64,000 bases of DNA from the human T2T-CHM13v2.0 reference genome, Homo sapiens. This document shows, in pieces, positions 1-14,957 of the stretch. The position numbers and the translations under genes were made by a program. How positions within the stretch are numbered: the first letter of the stretch is position 1; each line of letters opens with the position of its first letter. The notes below the pieces were generated by a model, which saw nothing but the letters and a program-made list of their open reading frames with translations, did not search any database and had not been told where the DNA came from. The stretch lies in NCBI RefSeq assembly GCF_009914755.1, contig NC_060934.1. One strand, written 5' to 3'.

Positions 1-806
1 CCCACACAAGTCCTTCTGTGAGTGAACTGAATATTCTACAATAAGTGGTTTTAGATGCCTTGGGAAGAGAGAAAGGCAAATGTTTTGTTTCAAAAAAGTA
101 GCCTTATTTCACACTCTACCGTCTTGTTCTTCTTGTCCTCTTCTTCTTCCTTTTCTTTTGCCTTCTCTTCCTCATCTCCCTTATCCCCCTCTTCTTCCTC
201 TTCTTCCCTTTCTTCTTCCTTTCTTCCTCCTTCTTCTTTTTTGGTTCATTTGGGCAAATGTTATTTTCTCCTCTCCTTATCCAATCTCCTTTTTCAGAGG
301 CTGAAGTGAAGTCTGCCACAAAACTCTTAAGAAGATGAGGTAGGTACGTCTCTACTGCTAGCAGAACTTAAAGGTAGGACTCAGAACTTAAGAGACCACT
401 CTCTGCAGAGTCCTGGAATTGGCTGGGAATAAATCACCTTTCTTATTTTTCAAGACGAATCTGATAGGCATGACGTAAAATAGTGGAGAAATTCAGGAAT
501 GCACCATTGCTTGGATCCTAGCAAAGGAGCATTGCTCTCTATCCCACTCCATACACCATAACAGGAACAGGCAAACAGGTGGCAGTCCGTGGAGTGCCAC
601 TACATTCAAACAAGTTCAAAGCCATCACACACAGGAGCTAAGGAAGAGGCTGCCACAAGATTCTCAGGCAGCCCCAGTAGTATCCTCTAGGAACTGATTA
701 TCAGGATTAGCACCCAGAGTATAACTCATAGCCTAGGAAGGGAGCAGTGCTTTTGAAGGAGCCATTGGGGAATGGGAGGGTAGCAAGACTAATTTAAGAG
801 ATTGTG

Positions 807-1110
<304 letters not shown>

Positions 1111-2258
1111 GAGATTGTGAACACAGACAAAACTATTTACAAACAAGTTCCTTCATTCTTTTGTCGGTGAAGCAAATCTGCTGCCTGTTAGTCTTGACGC
1201 TGTCATCTGAGCGGACGGTTAGCAACATCTCTCTCACTGAACCAGGAAAGGGTGACAAAGTATCTCCATGGACCCCTTGAGGGATAAATGGGTGGGTTGA
1301 GGGAAGGAGTGCTCATTGTCTTTTGAACATTTAGCTGTTGGAAAGGGAAGAAAGGAGTTGCAAAAAATGGGTGAACAATGAACAGTGGGGTTTGAATCCC
1401 GGCAGTGTCTGTACTCACCTCCTTGTAGTCAGAGGTGCTGTCCTGGGAGAGAAAAGAGAACTTTTAACAACTACTCTTTTTTTTTTTTTTTTTTCGAGAA
1501 GTGGAATAGCTCTGTCCTCTGTGCCCTCACTAGGAGTCAGACCCCTGGATGGACTTGCCAGATAGGGAATTAACCCATTTTCCATCTGGGAACCTGGCTC
1601 TCCTACGACTAAAGAAGGTATCTGGAGTACATGGCAGGGAATGGCATGAAAGAGCGCTCTCCTGTGAGTAGGAGATGAGCAGTTCTTACTCAGGGTCACT
1701 CAGCTTCTATAGGTTTCAACTTCCGATTCTCCCTAAAGCCACATGAAACCTTCAAATGTATCCTTTCTGTTCATGTCTCTTGGGCCATCAATTTATTCTA
1801 CGTGCAGGGGAGGAGCAGATACTGCGGTGTGTTTATTGTCCAACAGGAATCACCAAAGACATTCCATAGGCTGCTAAAAGGCTGTTCATGTGTTACACCA
1901 CTAACTTGAATCTGGAAACTGCAGTTCTGAACTGTAAGCCATTGTTTGGCAACTGATGTAAGATACATAGGTTTCACCAAGTATTTGTATCAACACATTG
2001 CTAGTCAGAATGAATAATCTGTATTGATGGATGTGCTCAGTGCCTGTGTGCTCACCCTGGGAGTGCTGAAGAGTTAGTGTGCCGTGCTCTCTAAACTCTT
2101 TCACTCACTTACTACTGGGCTGCTCTGTTGCTGTCAGCTCACTGCCTCATTTTATGGTTAATACAACCATTTTACACTTTACACCACCATGAGGGATTGA
2201 TTCTTCCACTGTTGTACCTCCAGGCCCCAAACCCAAGCTGGGGGAAGTTCTGCTGTTT

Positions 2259-2506
2259 TATTTTTTATCTTTTTATTTTTGAGACAGAGTCTTACTCTGT
2301 TGCCCAGGCTGGAGTGCAAAGGCATGATTTCAGCTCACTGCAACCTCCGCCTCCCGGTTCAAGTGATCCTCCTGCCTCAGCCTCCTGAGTAGCTGGGACT
2401 ACAGGTGTGCACCACCACGCCCAGCTAATTTGTGTATTTTTAGTAGAGACAGGGTTTCACCATGTTGGTCAGGCTGGTCTTGAACTCATAGCCACTACAC
2501 CCAGCC
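2259..2506 (-). mobile_element. Alu with internal left-arm deletion
   Basis: TSD agttctgctgttt at 2246 and 2507; gaactc joined directly to atagccac. Confidence 0.88.
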
Positions 2507-2759
2507 AGTTCTGCTGTTTATATATTATATCAAAAAGCATTAGATAAATACATATTAATAAGTAAAATAAACATATTAGCTCAAAACATTTTCTCACCTG
2601 ACATATCTTAATATTATAGCATACATCCATTGTGATAATTAGCTTGAAAAATATGATCATGTCCAAGCCCTGGCAAACCATGCAATACTTTGAAAAAAAA
2701 AAAATAGCAATGAAGCTAACAGACTCATAGAATCTTCCAGGCAGGACCTAAGATCAATT

Positions 2760-2900
2760 ACTTCTCATTCTAGTGGAGGAAACTGAGATGCAGGATAGTG
2801 GACTAAGTTGCCCAGTGTCACAAAGTTAGTGGCAGAACCAGGCCTACCTAAATTATAGTCTCTGAACACTAAGTCAACAGCTTTCATTACTATACTGGCT
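2760..2900 (-). mobile_element. MIR
   Basis: gaggaaactgag...aagttgcccagtgtcacaaagttagtggcagaacc core. Confidence 0.7.
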
Positions 2901-2966
2901 GATTAAGCAATATCTCTTTTCAAAGAATACTAAATAATTAGAAGTTGTGTGATCATATCTATGGCC

Positions 2967-5900
2967 CGGGGACAGGGCCAAGATGGCTGACTAGAAGCAG
3001 CAGCATTTGCAGGCTCCCATTGGGAAAAAACATAATAAGCGTGTGAATCCTTCACTGACAACCAAGGTATCCAGGTTCTCTCATCAAAATTGACTAGAAG
3101 CTGGTGTGACCCACAGAGGGAAGGAAGAGCAGTGTGGTGTGGCAGCCCACCTGAGAGCCACACAGGGAAGGGGAACCCCCTCCCCCCAGCCAAGGGAGGC
3201 AGTGAGTGAGCGTGCTGCCCAGCAGGGAAAACTGTGCTTTTCTCACGGAACTGTGCAACCCACAGATCAGAAGAGCCCACTTGTGAACCCACACCACCGG
3301 ATATTCAGGACTTTAACTCGGCTCCGGATCAAGTGGACCTAGTAGACATCTACAGAACTCTCTACCCCCAATCAACAGAATATACATTCTTCTAAGTGCC
3401 ACATAGCACTTATTCTAAAACCAACCACATAATTGCAAGTAAAACACTCCTCAGCAAATGCAAAAGAACTGAAATCATAACAAACAGTCTCTCAGACCAC
3501 AGTACAATCAAATTAGAACTCAAGATTAAGAAACTCACTCAAAACCACACAATTTCATGGAAATTGAACAACCTGCTCCTGAATGAATCCTGGGTAAATA
3601 ATGAAATTAAGGCAGAAATCAAGAAGTTATTTGAAACCAATGAGAACAAAGAGACAACGTACAAGAATCTATGGGACACAGTTAAAGCAGTGTTAAGAGG
3701 GAAATTTATAGCACTAAATACCCACATCAGAAAGCTAGAAATATCTTAAATGGACACCCAACATCACAATTAAAAGACCTAGAAAGGCAAGAGCAAACTA
3801 ATCCAAAAGCTAGCAGAAGACAAGAAATAACTAAGATCAGAGAAGAATTGAAGGAGATAGAGACATGAAAATCCCTCCAAAAAATCAAATGAATCTAGGA
3901 GCTGTCTTTTGAAAAAATTAACAAAATAGATAGACCACCAGTAGACTAATAAAGAAGAGAGAGAAGAATCAGATAGACACAATAAAAAGTGATAAAGGGG
4001 ATATCACTACTGACCCCACAGAAATACAAACTACCACCAGAGAATACTATAATGCAAATAAACTAGAAAATCTAGAAGAAATGGATAAATTCCTGTATAT
4101 ATACACCCTAACAAGACTAAACCAGGAAGAAGTCAAATCTCTGAATAGAGCAATAAGAAGCTCTGAAATTGAGGCAGTAATTAATAGCCTATCAACCAAA
4201 AAAGTCCAGGGCCAGACAGATTCACAGCTGAATTCTACCAGAAATACAAAGTGGAGCTGGTACCATTCCCTCTGAAACTATTTCAAACAATGAGAAAGGA
4301 GAGCCTCCTCCCTAACTCATTTTATGAAGCCAGCATCATCCTGATACCAAAACCGGGAAGAGACACAGCAAAGAAAGAAAACTTCAGGCCAATATCCCTG
4401 ATGAACATCAAAGCGAAAATCCTCAATAAAATACTGGCAAACTGAATCCGGCAGCACATCAAAAAACTTATCCACCACAATCAAGTTGGCTTCATCCCTT
4501 GGATGCAAGTCTGGTTCAACATACACAAATCAATAAATGTAATCCATCACATGAACAGAACCAAAGACAAAAACTATATGATTATCTCAATAGATGCAGA
4601 AAAAGCCTTTGAAAAAATTCAACATCCCTTCATGTTAAAAACTCCCAATGAACTAGGTATTGATGGAACATATCTCAAAATCATAAGTTGTTTATGACAA
4701 ACCCACAACAAATATCATATTGAATGGGCAAAAGATGGAAGCATTCCCTTTGAAAAATGGTAAAGACAAGGATGACCTCTCTCACCACTCCTATTCAACA
4801 TAGTATTGGAAGTTCTGGCCAAGGCAATCAGGCAAGAGAAAGAAATAAAGGTAATTGAATAGGAAGAGAGGAAGTCAAGTTGTCTCTGTTTGCAGACGAC
4901 ATGATTTTATATTTAGAAAACTCCATCGTCTCAGCGCCAAAACTTCTTGGAACTTATAAGCAACTTCAGCAAAGTCTCAGGATACAAAATCAATGTGCAA
5001 AAATCACAAGCATTCCTATACACCAATAATAGACAAACAGAAAGTCAAATCATGAATGAACTCCATTCACAAATCTACAAAGAGAATAAAATACCTAGGA
5101 ATACAGCTAACAAGGGATTTGAAGGACCTCTTCAAGGAGAACTACAAACTACTGCTCAAGGAAATAAGAGAGGACACAAATGGAAAAACATTCCATCCTT
5201 ATGGAATAGGAAAAATCAATATTGTGAAAATGGCCGTGCTGTCCGAAAGTAATTTATAGATTCAATGCTGTTCCCATCAAACTACTATTGACATTCTTCA
5301 CAGAATTAGTAAAAACTACTTTACATTTCATTTGGAATCAAAGAAGAGCACATATAGCCAAGACAATCCTAAGCAAAAAGAATAAAGCTGGAAGCATCAC
5401 GCTACCTGACTTCAAACTATACTACAAGGCTACAGTAACCAAAATAGCAAGGTACTGATAACAAAATAGACATATAGACCAATGGAGCAGAACAGAGACC
5501 TCAGAAATAACACCACACATCTACAACCATCTGATCTTCGACAAACCTGACAAAAACAAGCAATGGGGAAAGGATCTTATATTCAGTAAATGGTGCTGGG
5601 AAAACAAGCTAGCCATATGCAGAAAACTGACACTGGACCCCTTCCTTATACCTCATACAAAGACTAACTCAAGATGGATTAAAGATTTAAATGTAAAACC
5701 CAAACCCATAAAACCCCTAGAAGAAAACCTAGGCAATACCATTCTGGACATAGGCATGGGCAAAGACTTCATGACAAAAATGCCAAAAGCAATTGCAACA
5801 AAAGCCAGAATTGATAAATGGGATCTACTTAAACTAAAGAACTTCTGCGCAGCAAAATAAACTATCATCAGAGTGAACAACCTACAGAATGGGGGAAAAT

Positions 5901-6836
5901 TTTTGCAATCTACCCATCTGACAAAGGTCTAATATCCAGAATTTACAAGGAACTTAAACATATTTACAAGAAAAAAAAACATCAAAAGTGAACAAAACAT
6001 CTGAACAGACACTTCTCAAAAGAAGATATTTATGTGGCTAACAAACATATGAAAAAAAGCTCAACATCACTTATCATCAGAGAAATGCAAATCAAAACCA
6101 CAATGAGATACCATCTCACACCAGTCAGAATGGCAATTATTAAAACGTCAGGAAACAATAGATGCTGGCGTGGCTGTGGAGAAATAGGAATGCTTTTACA
6201 CTGTTGATGGGAATGTAAATTAGTTCAACCATTGTGGAAGACAGTATGACAATTCCTCAAGGATCTAGAACCAGAAATACCATTTGATCCAGCAATCCCA
6301 TTACTGGGTATATACCCAAAGGAATATAAATCATTCCATTATAAAGACACATGCACACGTATGTTTATTGCACCACTATTTACAATAGCAAAGACATGGA
6401 ACCAACCCAAATGCCCATCAATGATAGGCTGGATAAAGAAAAAGTGGTACATATAGACCATGGAATACTATGCAGCCATAAAAAGGAATGAGATCATGTC
6501 CTTTGCAGGGACACAGATGAAGTTGGAAGCCATCAACCTCAGCAAACTAACACAGGAAGAGAAAACCAAACACCACATGTTCTCACTCATAAGTGGGAGA
6601 TGAACATTGAGAACACATGGACACAAAGAGGGGAACAACACACACCAGGGCCTGTTGGGGGAGTGGGGGTTGAGGGGAGGGAACTTAGAGGACGGGTCAA
6701 TAGGTGCAGCAAACCACCATGGCACATGTATACCTATGGAACAAACCAGCATGTTCTGCACATGTACCCTTTTTTTGTTTGTTTTGTTCTTTTTTAGAAT
6801 AAAGAAAAAATAAAAATAATAAAAAATAGAAAATAA
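2967..6836 (+). mobile_element. L1PA (L1PA8-like) with about 330 bp of 5'UTR joined to mid-endonuclease ORF2; ORF1 absent; ORF2 disrupted
   Basis: GGCCAAGATGGCTGACTAGAAGC 5' end; ORF2 fragments in track (3396-3749, 4251-4445, 4503-4697); YADD-region TTTGCAGACGACATG near 4890; 3'UTR and A-tail; degenerate TSD at 2952-2966 and 6837-6851. Confidence 0.92.
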
Positions 6837-6907
6837 ATCATACTGATGGCCTTTTTGCAGAGCTAACCCCTGAACCCTCTGATCATCATGAAATGGTGCT
6901 AACATCC

Positions 6908-7313
6908 TGTTATGATTTGAATTTTTTATCTCCTCAAAACTTCATGTTGAAACGTAATCTCCAATGCAATAGTGTTAAGAAGTGGGGTCTTGAGGAGGTG
7001 ATTCGGTCATGGGAGCTCCTTCCTAGTCAATGGGATTAAGGCCCTAGGAAAGTGGCTTCTCACAGGATTTGGCTTTTTTGCCTTTCTATCCCTTCCACCA
7101 TTTGAGGACACAGCCTTCCAGGTGCCATTGTGGACAAAAAGACAGGAACCTCATCAGACTCTGAACCTGCTGGCACCTTTATCCTGGACTTTCCAGCCTC
7201 CAGAACTGGAATTTCTATTATTTATAAATGTCTACTATTTCTATAAATTTCTATTACTTATAAATTACCCAGTCTCAGGTATTTTGTTATAGCAGCACAA
7301 ACAGACTAAAGAT
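6908..7313 (+). mobile_element. MaLR solo LTR (MST family)
   Basis: tgttatgatttgaa start; aattacccagtctcaggtattttgttatagcagcacaaacagactaa end. Confidence 0.85.
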
Positions 7314-7732
7314 ACGTCCCCAGCTCATTTGGCTAATTTCACCTTGTTTAATTGGAGCCGGCAAAATTTTCCTCCTCTTTTGGTTGGTGGCCTTTTCAAC
7401 CAAAAGTGTTTAGTCATCTAAAGAGCCAGGCAGGGCAGTGGGGGTGCTTTACCCATTCATGGACATCTTTAAAAGGTCCCCAGGACCTGCCATCTACCAC
7501 TTTGTCTGCCCCTGTCTGAGTGTGTCTATTGGCAGAGACCATGTCCTTGAGGAAAGCTGTCATGGCTTTATCTCCAGGGCTTTCCAAGGGTAAGGGTCTA
7601 ACCTCATCTCTTCCTCTCCCCCAAAACCTTCTGATGGTATTCATGGCTGCCTGAGGCTTCTCATTTATCACAGACTAATCAAACAGCTACTAGGTGCAAG
7701 GTACTGAGCTGAGACCTGTATCTGCTATTGAT

Positions 7733-7920
7733 ATCTACAGTACGTGCAGGGTACTTACTCACCACCCAGGTGGTGTCAATAAATCTACAGACTGTACAGG
7801 GTACTTACCACCCAGGTGGTGTCAATAAATCTACAGACTGTACAGGGTACTTACCACCCAGGTGGTGTCAATAAATCTACAGTACGTACAGGGTACTTAC
7901 CACCCGGGTGGTGTCAATAA
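7733..7920. repeat. Minisatellite, 4 copies of a 46-bp unit
   Basis: Unit atctacagactgtacagggtacttaccacccaggtggtgtcaataa; copies 7733-7782 (with 4-nt insert), 7783-7828, 7829-7874, 7875-7920. Confidence 0.97.
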
Positions 7921-8074
7921 ACTGTTTTCGAATAAATTTCTGACAAAACAGGTAGTATACAATTAAAAACATTTTGTTTGAACATAGTACACTCTACCAC
8001 AAAACAATCAGGCTCTTAATATTCCTGTGCAATTTGCTAAATAATTTATTGCTTCCAAGAGTTATTTACAAAGG

Positions 8075-8357
8075 GGCCAGGCACAGTGGCTCACACCTGT
8101 AATCTCAGCAGTTTGGGAGGCCGAGGCAGGCAGATCACTTGAGGCCAGAAGTTTGAGACCAGCTGGCCAATATGGTGAAGCCCTGTTTCTACTAAAAATA
8201 CAAAAATTAGCCAGGCATGGTGGTGCACACATGTAATCCCAGCTACTTGAGAGGCTGAGGCTTGAACCCGGGAGACAGAGGTTGCAGTGAGCTGAGATCA
8301 CGCCACTGCACTCCAGCTGGGGCAACAGAGTGAGACTCTGCCCACCCCCACCAAAAA
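8075..8357 (+). mobile_element. Alu
   Basis: Alu dimer; TSD agttatttacaaag. Confidence 0.9.
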
Positions 8358-8683
8358 GAAGTTATTTACAAAGAAAAAATCATGAAACACAAGAGGGAAA
8401 GATGACAGACAGAATTCATGCTATTCAAGTGGAAGCAAGAAACAGGCTGGTTAATTGTAAGGGAAAAAGTCCTGTTCTGGGGTGGTGATAAAAATAGCAA
8501 TAATATATTGAAGGAAGAAAGAAGAGGGGAATAAAAGCTGTATTCAGGAAATAACTATGTGCTGAGAATATTCTTGGCCAAGAAAATTTGGAAAAATACA
8601 CAATCCAAATGTCAATCAATAATCAAGAATATAATGGCAGCATAATTTTTCATGCCATAATTTTTCATGTCAGTCCTTTTCTG

Positions 8684-8685
<2 letters not shown>

Positions 8686-8722
<37 letters not shown>
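8686..8722. repeat. (TG)n microsatellite
   Basis: Uninterrupted GT dinucleotide run. Confidence 0.97.
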
Positions 8723-8725
<3 letters not shown>

Positions 8726-9335
8726 CTTTGTTCTAGGAAAGATGAAAAAGATACACACGAACTGTAAATGCAGTCATAAAGCAAGAAAGCCAAGTATTTG
8801 GAGGCCTGGTTTTGTGGGACCCACATTCTGAACCAGCACAAACAAGTCTCTGTCAGCTTACTGATAGTGACCTGATTAAAAATTTGACCAAGTGGAAAAA
8901 CTTCCCTGCTGCCAAACTAGTCACTGGAACTTTGATAAGAAGCTGACAATCTAGTGGTGGGTACAAGTCCAGAGACTCATTAAAATTAAAGGAGAAAAAG
9001 TTAAAAAGGAGGAAAAAGTGGCAGATTAGTCATTCAGCCTTCTTAACAAAATGGTTCCCAGTCTCTAATTTTTTATATATATTCCAAAGCACCTCAAGTG
9101 ATCATCACTAACAACTTATTTGTTCTAAATACAACGGACGATGTTTAGAGCCCACCTTCATGCTGTATCGGCAGCATTTCTTACTGCTGATCGTCCCTTA
9201 TTCTGTGACAGCAGATTGTCCCTCCTGCCTCTCTGCTGCTCCTTTGTCTTCTCCTCCATAGGCCCCTGTCCTTTAATTTTGGAATTGCTTGGAGGTTCTG
9301 TCGTATCATCTCTCGTCTCTCAATGCTATATACTG

Positions 9336-9713
<378 letters not shown>

Positions 9714-10659
9714 TGAGGACCCTTAAGCCTATCCCTTGCCAAGATCTTCTAGACTTGGACAGCCAACTGCTCATTGATTACCTTTCCTGGAATGAACACC
9801 AGGCATCTACAACCCAGCAGGTCCAGAGTATCTCCTTCTACCCACACTGGTCCTCCTGTCATGCTCAGTGAACAACCTGTGGTTCACCAGGCAACCTGGC
9901 CAGACTTCCAAGCCGCATCCTTCATCATTTTTTCTTCTTAAGATCACAAATATTTCCTGAGTGTCAATATGCACCCGCACTGTGCTAGGCAGGCCCAGGA
10001 CAGAGTACTAAACAAGGTCAAAGTGGTCCTTGCCCTCATGGAGCTTATAGCCTTGGAGCCTTCTTCGCTTCCGCCAAGACTGCCAACCCTCTGCGCTGTT
10101 CTGCAGACAGTCCTCTTCTCTCTGACCTGACTGCTGCTTTCCTGTTTTAAGCATCCATCATTTCTTGCCTTGATTGACTTAATAGCTTCCTAATTATTTT
10201 TCTGATTCCAAGCTCGCTTTTTAAAGCCATTTTCACAAATCTGCCTAAAAACAATCTTATACCACTGCTGCTAAACATACTTCACTGGCTCCTTACTGTT
10301 CTTAGGATAAGGGCAAAACTCCTCACTAAGTGGCTAAAAAGAAGGATTGGACAAAGGCCCGTAGGAGTTCTGGGAAGGAAGACACTGTGTTGTCCCTTCA
10401 AACCTGAAGTCTTTTAGTATTCATTCAACATTGTTAACCAGGAAACACTGGTTCTATTAATAAAAATAGCATATTCATTTATATCTAAAGTTAGGAATTG
10501 GCTGTATGCATGAACTATAAAAGCATCTTTTTAAAGCTGTGTGCTTCATACATGTATAAAAATTGAGTCTTGCTCTACATATGATATACTGTCATATTAT
10601 AGATGTCATTCCATGTCATTAAGCATTCTTCTACCATATCATTTTAATGACTACAGAGT

Positions 10660-10966
<307 letters not shown>

Positions 10967-11244
10967 TAATTATTTCTTAAATTTGGTCTTTTCCAAAATA
11001 ATATATGCACAAGTTTAAAAATCTAATAGTATCAAAAGGTTTTTTTTAAAAAAAAAAAAAAAGCAGTCTGTCTCACCTGTTCTCACTTCAGCCCTGATCC
11101 CCAGAAGCAACCACTTAAGAATATTTTAGCTGTTGCTTTTCCGAATGTATGTCTGTATGTCCGAACAGTGTGCGTATGTCACTTTTTACTGATTTATTTA
11201 CTTTATCTACTGACCTCTCATCTACTGAATTCCCATCTGATGTA

Positions 11245-12680
11245 GTCAATCGCGCAGCAAATATATATTGCGCACCCACTATGTGCCAGGCACTGTTCCA
11301 CGCATTAGGAATCCAGCAATGAGCAAGACAACAAGGTCACTGCATTCATGAAACTTATAATCTAGGAGAAAGACAAGTAAAAAGCAAACAACGAAATAAA
11401 ACGATTCCATATACTGCTGTGTGCTATCAAGAAAATAAAAGAGTGACAGAGATTTAACCGCCTGACTTTCAGTAGAGTGGTCAGAAACATTTCTCTAAGG
11501 CGATGTCAGAGTTGAGCCCCTAAATGATAAGCAGGGCCTGCCATGTGAAGCTCTATGGGAAGTGCCGTGATAGGCATCAGCACATGTAACAGAGACCCTC
11601 TAACAATGGCATAAGCAAGTAAGTTTATTGTTTGCCTCACGTGGTAGCCTGAGGATAGGCCATCCAGGGACCCAGCCTCCTTCAGTCCTTCATCTGTAAG
11701 GTCCCAGGTGGCTCCACCACCTCTGTGTTCCAAACAGCAAGACGGAGGAAGAAGGAGAAGGGCAGTTCTTGATAAGGACACAACTCAGCAATTTCCCATC
11801 TCTTCTGCTCACATCTTTTTGGCCAGACCTTAGTCACATAAGCACACCTAGCTGCAAGAGAAACTTGAAATGTAATTTCTATTCTGGGCAGCTACATGCC
11901 GAGCGAAAATTCTCTTACTGTGGAAGAGGAGGAGAACACTATCCGGAACCAACTGATTTTCTGCCAAAAGAACATTTTACACAGAGGAAAGATTGAAGGC
12001 AAAGGCCCCGAGGAAAGAAAGTACTTGACTTGTTAAAGAGAAAAAACTGCCCCTGGAGGCATTGCAGATGTGGCTGCTGTGTCACATTTGTGTCATTAGG
12101 TAGCAGCGATTAGAGAGGCTATGTCTATGCTCAGCGTTCTGTCCCATGAACATTTGAATGTTTAATAGTCTGACTCTCCTGTTTTGTGGACTTGGCATCT
12201 GTTTTCCTTCACCGGTATCTGGGAGAGTGGGTGGGCCTTATGAGTGGGCTTTCTGACCCTCGCGCTGGGCTGGGCTGGCCACTAGGGGTCTGAAGGGACA
12301 GTGGGAAGGTAGAGGGTGCCTTCACCAGGAGCAGCCTTCATTAGTGAGTTTTAAGAGCCTGTGAGAGGATGGATCAGGTCTGGTGTGTGCTGGTTCATGC
12401 TGCACACCGTGTCAGGATCACGAAGGAAAGGACTGGGGAAGGGTTTGCTGGTGTCTCAGTTAATAGCAATAACGGCAGCCACTATTGTGTTCTTGATTCT
12501 GTGCCAAGCATTCTTGTTATTTAAAAAAAGAGAGAGAGAGAAGTCCAGGTCACTGAACAGAGGTTAAAGAAGGGGAGAGTGGGAGGATCTTAAATCAGGT
12601 AGCAGATAGGACTGAACAATGCAGAGATTTTAAAACCAGGCTAAGGAATTTCCATGAGAGAGTTTTCAGCGGCTAACTGA
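11245..12680 (-). mobile_element. L2 remnant interrupted by an MLT1-type LTR (~11590-11968) and by the SNORA17 retrocopy (12046-~12530)
   Basis: cacccactatgtgccaggcactgtt L2 3' signature; L2-like sequence resumes after each insert; MLT1 motif ttggccagaccttagtcacat...ctagctgcaag. Confidence 0.7.
12046..12178 (+). pseudogene. SNORA17: SNORA17 (ACA17) H/ACA snoRNA retrocopy, boxes degenerate
   Basis: 133 nt ACTGCCCCTGGAGGCATTGCAG...GTCTGACTCTC closely matches SNORA17 as recalled; H box reads CGATTA (12107-12112) and ACA box reads ACT (12173-12175). Confidence 0.85.
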
Positions 12681-12767
12681 TTCGACCGTTCTCTCTCATA
12701 TCTACCTCTTTCCCATTTCTTAATAGCATTACAGCCTTAATTTTGACTAAATTATTAATCACTATTT

Positions 12768-13252
12768 ACACGGTGGATACAGAACATCTGAGATAGGTCT
12801 CAGTTAATTCAGAAAGTTTTTTTTTTTTTTTTTTTTTGCCACGATTGAGGACCTGGGCCCATGACACAGCCTCAGGAAGTGCTGACGACGTGTGCCCAAG
12901 GTGGTCAGGGCACAGCTTGGTTTTACACATTTTAGGGAGGCAGGAGACATCAATCAATATACGTAAGAAGTACATTGGTTTGGTCTGGAAAGGCAGGACA
13001 ACTTGAAGCAAAGGCAGGAAGACTCAAAGCAGGGAGGGGCCTTCTAGGTCACAGATAGGTAGAGACAAGTGATTGCATTCTTTTGAGTTTCTGATGAGCC
13101 TTTCCAAAGGAGGCAATCAGATATGCATCTATCTCAGTGAGCAGAGGAATGACTTTGAATAGAATGGGAGGCAGGTGTGCCCTAAGCAGCTCCCAGCTTG
13201 AGTTTTTCCTTTAGCTTAGTGATTTTGGGGGCCCAAGGTATTTTCCTTTCAC
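12768..13252 (-). mobile_element. ERV1 solo LTR, MER4A-like
   Basis: Reverse strand begins GTGAAAGGAAAATACCTTGGGCCCCCAAAATCACTAAGCTAAAGG. Confidence 0.85.
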
Positions 13253-13996
13253 GACCTCATCATTAGTATATAAATATTGTTCACTGCAGAAAAAAGTAGC
13301 ATGCTGAGATTACATTTCTTTTTCTACACAACTCTTAGCTTGCCTCAAGTTAATAATATCCTTTGTTTCTCACACACAGACAAAACTACAGAATAAGTGG
13401 CTTGATAGGTGATATGGTGGGGAATCGGGAATGAATTGAAGCTGTGATTTGTGTGCATATCAGCTTCAACTCACTCCAGATTGTCCATTATGTCACCTAC
13501 CAAATAGCTTATTCTGTAGTTTTTTCTGTTTTCCAAAATCTAGTTGAAATCTCTCATCGATTGATGCCTCCTCTACTATCTTATCCTTGTGAACGTATTC
13601 CTTTTTAATATCTTCCCTGCCATGTTAATGAATCTTGGCATGAAGAGGAGGAAAATAAGCATTATCTATGTACCAATTTAATTGAAATTCTATTAACGTT
13701 TTAGCTTAAGAATTCTCCTATTTAACAGTGACTGTTAACCTTGTAATATACCTTATGAGACTCCCTTTTGACATTTTTTGAGGCTACAGAAAAGATTTAA
13801 ATGGCTTTCCACATGTCTTTGTGAAATGGTAGTTTCTTTGAATATGACTGAATGACAGGAGGAGATGATGAGGTGGCTTGGTTTCAATGGGGCTGTCCTT
13901 CTCCTTATCATTCAACTCCCAGCTTTGACATCACCTCTGCCCACACCATTCTCCTTCCGCAGCAATGAATTATGATCTGCTCACTTCTTTGTATAG

Positions 13997-14330
<334 letters not shown>

Positions 14331-14546
14331 TTTTTGGTTGTTTTTCAGCTGCTCACCTTATTGTCCGAACTATTTCAGTGAACACTTAAATATTTCTTGC
14401 AAGTATGGATTCTGTCCAACTCTTCCCTGAGATGAAGGTTTTACTCACAATCATCTTTGATTTTTTTTAAAGATATAATTGCCATTCTTAGCTTTTATCG
14501 CCCCTGTGAGTATCCCAGTTGTGCTTGTGTTTAAAATTCCACCTCA

Positions 14547-14957
<411 letters not shown>

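Noticed and set aside
55-319. Ser/Phe- and Lys/Arg-rich ORFs
   Set aside because: Translation of a (CTT)-rich polypyrimidine low-complexity tract.
7733-7920. CRISPR-like array of palindromic repeats
   Set aside because: Units are head-to-tail with no unique spacers, there are no cas genes, and the context is eukaryotic; it is a minisatellite.
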